55,615 nt of DNA, taken from positions 1 to 55,615 of the forward strand of contig JAKPTH010000501.1 in assembly GCA_029571125.1 (NCBI GenBank), read 5' to 3'. Under the pieces are notes generated by a model. The model was not told the DNA's origin. It was given only the letters and a program-made list of their open reading frames with translations, and made no database searches. Below, piece after piece: positions 51,942 through 55,615 of the stretch. Made by a program: the position numbers and the translations under genes. How positions within the stretch are numbered: the stretch's first letter is position 1; every line of letters begins with the position of its first letter. The DNA comes from a bacterium. Lineage in GTDB: Bacteria; Muiribacteriota; UBA9980.

Positions 51942-52802
51942 TTAGCGTAAAATATTCCATTTAGGTGTCATGTATCTGGTTTCTTTGAGTTCTTTAAACC
52001 TGGCCTCTTCGTTCTTTGAAAGGCCGCACGCGTGAAGCGGCATGGAGAATTTTTCGCCGAACCCTTTTCCGAGCGCTTCCGCCAATTTTGAAAAATCCGT
52101 CTGAGGGCCGCAATGCAGTTCGTCCATGGAGCAAACCGACTCTTTCAGCTTTTTAGAATTATCGTCGATCATTTCTTCGTCCATAAATTTAAGCGTATCC
52201 GGCGGCGTCATGCATAGATAATGAAGTTTCGGGTCGAATTCGAAAAATATCGTGCCGTGCTGTAAAAAGCAGCTGGCTGTTTTATTCTGGGCGGAGCCGC
52301 AGAATTTTTTATTATTGACCTTTATTTCTAGAAATGAAGGCGAATCGAAACAAATCGCGCTGGAAGGTTTTTCGGCGGCCTCTCCCCTGTTTCTCACCGA
52401 CGGGTGCAGCTCGCCTTCTATGGACAATTTCGACAGGCCGCATAAAATAGCATCGGCTACGTATTTATAATTTTCAAGCACCGAATCGGTATAAAAACCC
52501 GAGCTTTTATGAATTATAACCGAATAAGTAAGGTCTTTATGGTGAAGGACTGCCCGGCCGCCCGTTATGCGCCTGACGGTTTCAAAACCGTTTTGCTTTA
52601 TAAAATCGTTATTCAATGTGGAGTTTTTTTGAAAATAACCAAAAGTCACGGCCGCGGGCGCAAATGAATAAAATCTCAGCGTTATTGGATATTCGGGCGT
52701 TTCGGCCGACTCATATTCTTTGAATACGGCTTCGTCGAGCGCCATCTGTTCAGCGCCGCAGGCGTTGGTAAACTCGGGTTTGTCGATCAGCCTTATTTTC
52801 AT
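51942..52802 (-). CDS. lipoate-protein ligase / octanoyltransferase family (BPL_LplA_LipB domain)
   Basis: RRITGGRAVLHHKDLTYSV and KKFCGSAQ (catalytic Lys context). Confidence 0.7.
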   Translation of the reverse strand: MKIRLIDKPEFTNACGAEQMALDEAVFKEYESAETPEYPITLRFYSFAPAAVTFGYFQKNSTLNNDFIKQNGFETVRRITGGRAVLHHKDLTYSVIIHKSSGFYTDSVLENYKYVADAILCGLSKLSIEGELHPSVRNRGEAAEKPSSAICFDSPSFLEIKVNNKKFCGSAQNKTASCFLQHGTIFFEFDPKLHYLCMTPPDTLKFMDEEMIDDNSKKLKESVCSMDELHCGPQTDFSKLAEALGKGFGEKFSMPLHACGLSKNEEARFKELKETRYMTPKWNILR

Positions 52803-52893
52803 TATGAAAAAAAATCCTCCATATTTTTTGATATATTATAATAATCGGTTAAAAAATAAAAATTGATTAATAAAATATATTTACGCGGAGCGC

Positions 52894-54840
52894 TTAAAAA
52901 ATATCTTTATACGAAACTCCGTGCAGGCCAGAGGATTGGCCCATATAAAGTTTATGCCATAATTCGAGGATGAAAAGATTGAAGAGCTGATACGAAAAAT
53001 TTTGCATTCCGCTCTGATTGGTTTCGATCATGTGTTTAACGTAAGCGGCGTTAAGAAAATTTTTAACGAAAGAATTTTTCCCGGTGAGCGCGCGGCTTAA
53101 AAGCTCGCGGAGATCGCCTTTGAACCATTTATCCAGAGGCGGAGTGAAACCGGTCTTGGGCCTGTGAAGAATATAAAGCGGCAGGGTATCCTGCATCATA
53201 ACTTTTAATATATTTTTCAAAGACAGGTTTTTTATTTTATAATCGACGGGCATTTTCATCGCGAGTTCGACTACTTTATAATCCAGAAACGGGCTGCGGT
53301 TTTCTACTGAATTCGCTATGCCCATCCTTTCGTTTTTAACTATTACGCTTCCTTGAAGGTAATATTTAAAATCGCTGAAAAGAACTGCCGATAACCAATT
53401 TTCAAAATTGCCCTCGTTAAAATCCGTTTCGTATTTTTTTTCCGAAGCGAGTATGGCGGTTTTATTTTTTTCGAATTGCCCGACGACGGCCCTCAAACTT
53501 TCGCCGGAAAAATACGAAGCGAATGAAAGATGCCTGTAATTAGGATCGTAAGCGCAGTATTCCATAAATCTTTTAAGCTTTCTGACGCCGTTTTCAAAAA
53601 AATTATTAGTTGACGAGGGGAATAATTTCATCGCTTTTTCAAAAAAGTTTTTTCTGAGCAGCTTCGGCACCCTGGTATAAACGCCGGCGATCGTTTCCCA
53701 CAGGTATCTTTCATGGCCGCCGAAAAGCTCGTCGGCCCCTTCGCCGTTGAGTATAACCCGGGCGTGGTTTGAAACGACCCTGGCCGACTGGTAGGCCGGC
53801 AAAATCGAAGGGTCGCAGAGAGGTTCGTCGAAATAAGAGACTATATCGGGTAAAAGCTCTATCTCTCTGGACTTGATATTAAAAGCGTGATGGACCGTGT
53901 CGAACATTTCGGCCACTCTGGCGGCGAATTTAAGGTCGGACTGGCCGTCTTCGTCGAAACCGATCGTAAAGCTTTTAATTCTTATCGAAGATATCTTGCT
54001 CATCAGGGCCACTATAATGGAAGAATTGATGCCTCCCGAAAGGTAAGCGCCCATATCCACGTCGGCGTTCATGCGGTCTTTAACGGCGTTTTTAATGGTC
54101 GAGAGCAGTTCATTGGCGAATGCCCCGGCGCTGCGGCCGTATTCGGGCGAATAACGGGCCTGCCAGTAAACCTGTTCATATTTTTCGCCGCCGCTCGAAT
54201 AAACCGCCACGTGGGCCGGCATGAATTTATTTATCTTCTGAAATATCGTGGCGGGCGCGCTGATATGACCGTATATAAGGTATTCGTAAAGCGCTTCTTC
54301 CGAAAGCGACTTAAGTTCGGGCTTAACGGCGAGAATCGCTTTTATTTCCGATGCGAAATATAAAAAATTATCGTCTATAGCCGTAAACAAAGGTTTTACG
54401 CCGCAGCGGTCGCGTGTGAGCAAAAGCCTTTTTTCCTTCTGGTCGTAAACGGCCACGCTGAACATTCCGTTCATTTGAGAAGCGAAATCGGCGCCGTACG
54501 ATTCGTAGAGGTGAACGATCGCTTCGGTGTCGGAAGACGTTTTAAATTTATGGCCGCGCGATTCGAGGTCTTTCCAGATGTGAGCGTAATTATATATTTC
54601 GCCGTCGAAAGAAACCCAGATATCGTCGTCTTCATTCGAAGCCGGCTGTTTTCCGCCTGCCACGTCTATAATGGCCAGTCTTTTGTGGCCTAAAATACAA
54701 TTGGCGTCAGGGCTCGAATATATTCCGGCGCCGTCAGGCCCTCTATGGGCAAGCGTATCCATCATACGCTCCACCCGCCATGCGGCGTTTTTAAGACGGC
54801 CCGCCCCGCTCATATCGAATATTCCGCATATACCGCACAT
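52894..54840 (-). CDS. asnB: asparagine synthase (glutamine-hydrolysing) family
   Basis: Start moved to ATG 54840 so the mature N-terminus is MCGICGIF (Ntn Cys2). PP-loop SGGINSS. Confidence 0.85.
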   Translation of the reverse strand: MCGICGIFDMSGAGRLKNAAWRVERMMDTLAHRGPDGAGIYSSPDANCILGHKRLAIIDVAGGKQPASNEDDDIWVSFDGEIYNYAHIWKDLESRGHKFKTSSDTEAIVHLYESYGADFASQMNGMFSVAVYDQKEKRLLLTRDRCGVKPLFTAIDDNFLYFASEIKAILAVKPELKSLSEEALYEYLIYGHISAPATIFQKINKFMPAHVAVYSSGGEKYEQVYWQARYSPEYGRSAGAFANELLSTIKNAVKDRMNADVDMGAYLSGGINSSIIVALMSKISSIRIKSFTIGFDEDGQSDLKFAARVAEMFDTVHHAFNIKSREIELLPDIVSYFDEPLCDPSILPAYQSARVVSNHARVILNGEGADELFGGHERYLWETIAGVYTRVPKLLRKNFFEKAMKLFPSSTNNFFENGVRKLKRFMEYCAYDPNYRHLSFASYFSGESLRAVVGQFEKNKTAILASEKKYETDFNEGNFENWLSAVLFSDFKYYLQGSVIVKNERMGIANSVENRSPFLDYKVVELAMKMPVDYKIKNLSLKNILKVMMQDTLPLYILHRPKTGFTPPLDKWFKGDLRELLSRALTGKNSFVKNFLNAAYVKHMIETNQSGMQNFSYQLFNLFILELWHKLYMGQSSGLHGVSYKDIF

Positions 54841-54883
54841 TTTAATAATTCCTTGCCGCGGTCCGCTCGGTTTTTTTAGCATT

Positions 54884-54939
54884 TATCCGGCGCCAAACAG
54901 GCGCGCGAACCGCTTCTTTTTTATCCGCGCACAGGCGCG
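54884..54939. repeat. two related GC hairpins (TATCCG-GCGCC...GGCGC / TATCCG-CGC...GCG) upstream of asnB
   Basis: 54884-54905 TATCCGGCGCCAAACAGGCGCG and 54922-54939 TATCCGCGCACAGGCGCG. Each folds into a 5-bp GC stem. Confidence 0.4.
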
Positions 54940-54991
54940 TAAAAATAGTATAGATAATTTAAGGGCAATTGTCAAGAATAATTATCGCCTC

Positions 54992-55020
54992 TTGACAAAA
55001 AGTTATGCGTATGGTATAAT
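54992..55020 (+). promoter_or_regulatory. sigma70-type promoter with extended -10 for the 55062 gene
   Basis: TTGACA (54992-54997), a 17-nt spacer ending in TGG, then TATAAT (55015-55020). Confidence 0.6.
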
Positions 55021-55061
55021 TAATGCGTAAGATTAAATTTCACATAAAAAGGCGGTAACTT

Positions 55062-55523
55062 ATGAAACAAGCCCGTACGACAAACCTTTTCAAACTATCA
55101 TTTTCAATGGCAATAATTCTTTCCGTCGGTTTATTTTTAAGCGGCGCGGCAGGCGCGGCGCAGCTTGTAACCTATCTGGCCCCGCAATATCAGGACGTTC
55201 CGTTCAAGGCGGAATCCGCATTTTTTTCCGCCGCTCCCATGATGGATCCAAAAAGCAAAAAGCCAGTAATGATAGAAGTAAGCGACAATTTTGAAAAACT
55301 CGAAGTTCCCATGTTAAAGGGATTTAAAATATCGCCGTTCGAAGGCGGGCAAGGCGCTCCCGAAATAATCAACTACCTTAAAAACTCCCCCGAAATGACA
55401 GATTCCGCCAAACTCCGCGTTATAGCGCGCATGAAAAAGCTCGCGCTTATATTAAATCAGGCGATCAGGCGCGCGCCGAATTTTATAAAAAACAGGTTTC
55501 AGCCCCTCTGGTTTTATTCATAA
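55062..55523 (+). CDS. secreted protein of unknown function
   Basis: Signal peptide FSMAIILSVGLFLSGAAGAAQ; SD AAAGG. Confidence 0.5.
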   Translation: MKQARTTNLFKLSFSMAIILSVGLFLSGAAGAAQLVTYLAPQYQDVPFKAESAFFSAAPMMDPKSKKPVMIEVSDNFEKLEVPMLKGFKISPFEGGQGAPEIINYLKNSPEMTDSAKLRVIARMKKLALILNQAIRRAPNFIKNRFQPLWFYS

Positions 55524-55570
55524 ATCTCAATATGGGAACCGGCCCCGCATGCGCTCCGGTGCCCCTTCAT

Positions 55571-55615
55571 TTAGACCTCAAAGACGGCGGCAAATTTTTC
55601 TTCAACACCGCCATT
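55571..55615 (-). CDS. 3' end (14 codons) of an unidentified minus-strand gene entering from the right edge
   Basis: The reverse complement reads ...NGGVEEKFAAVFEV-TAA, followed by a GC hairpin (55534-55560 region). Too short to identify. Confidence 0.25.
   Translation of the reverse strand, partial: NGGVEEKFAAVFEV

Noticed and set aside
54841-54882. 14-aa N-terminal extension of asnB (MLKKPSGPRQGIIK)
   Set aside because: Class II glutamine amidotransferases need Cys as residue 2 (N-terminal nucleophile after Met removal). MCGICG at ATG 54840 satisfies this.
1-55615. Mobile elements, prophage, defence islands, CRISPR, tRNA/rRNA
   Set aside because: I saw no transposase, integrase, phage structural, restriction, Cas or toxin-antitoxin signatures in any ORF, and no tRNA-like T-arm (GGTTCGAATCC-type) sequences in the intergenic regions I read.

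Overview
This is a 55.6-kb chromosomal segment from a moderately AT-rich diderm bacterium; the lineage cannot be assigned from sequence alone. I support about 42 protein-coding genes and see no rRNA, tRNA, CRISPR array, transposase or integrase. Gene content is dominated by the cell envelope: an SLH-anchored OmpM-type porin, an O-antigen-ligase-like protein, GT2/GT4 and two GT9 (heptosyltransferase) genes, two vWA proteins, several Sec-secreted papain-fold enzymes, and a pseudopilin operon. It also includes a 2402-aa surface protein (3 Big_2-like + 19 IPT/TIG + 6 NHL repeats) and a phosphonate operon (PepM-nucleotidyltransferase fusion, phosphonopyruvate decarboxylase, metallophosphoesterase). 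Housekeeping genes include rpsB (truncated at the left edge), recQ, dgkA, an lplA-family gene and asnB. The observations most worth follow-up are listed here.
(1) A ~285-nt GC-rich island closed by a ~38-bp long-range helix sits in a 975-bp gene-free region, with a decayed AT-rich paralogue upstream. It is a candidate novel structured ncRNA or a MITE.
(2) A soluble PRC/MgtE_N/CBS protein lies 8 nt upstream of an NRAMP-family transporter whose metal-site motifs are non-canonical (NRMT-like).
(3) A PilB/GspE homologue has lost all of its ATPase motifs but keeps MshEN-like N-terminal motifs and the Zn-finger cysteines.
(4) Several consensus sigma70 promoters are placed so that the transcription start falls on or within a few nt of the start codon, giving leaderless or near-leaderless mRNAs.
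(5) A ~90-nt hairpin element occurs twice, with a compensatory stem substitution between the copies.
(6) A membrane-anchored active-plus-dead CX5R phosphatase tandem lies next to dgkA.
All functional calls come from motif recognition by eye; no database search was run.
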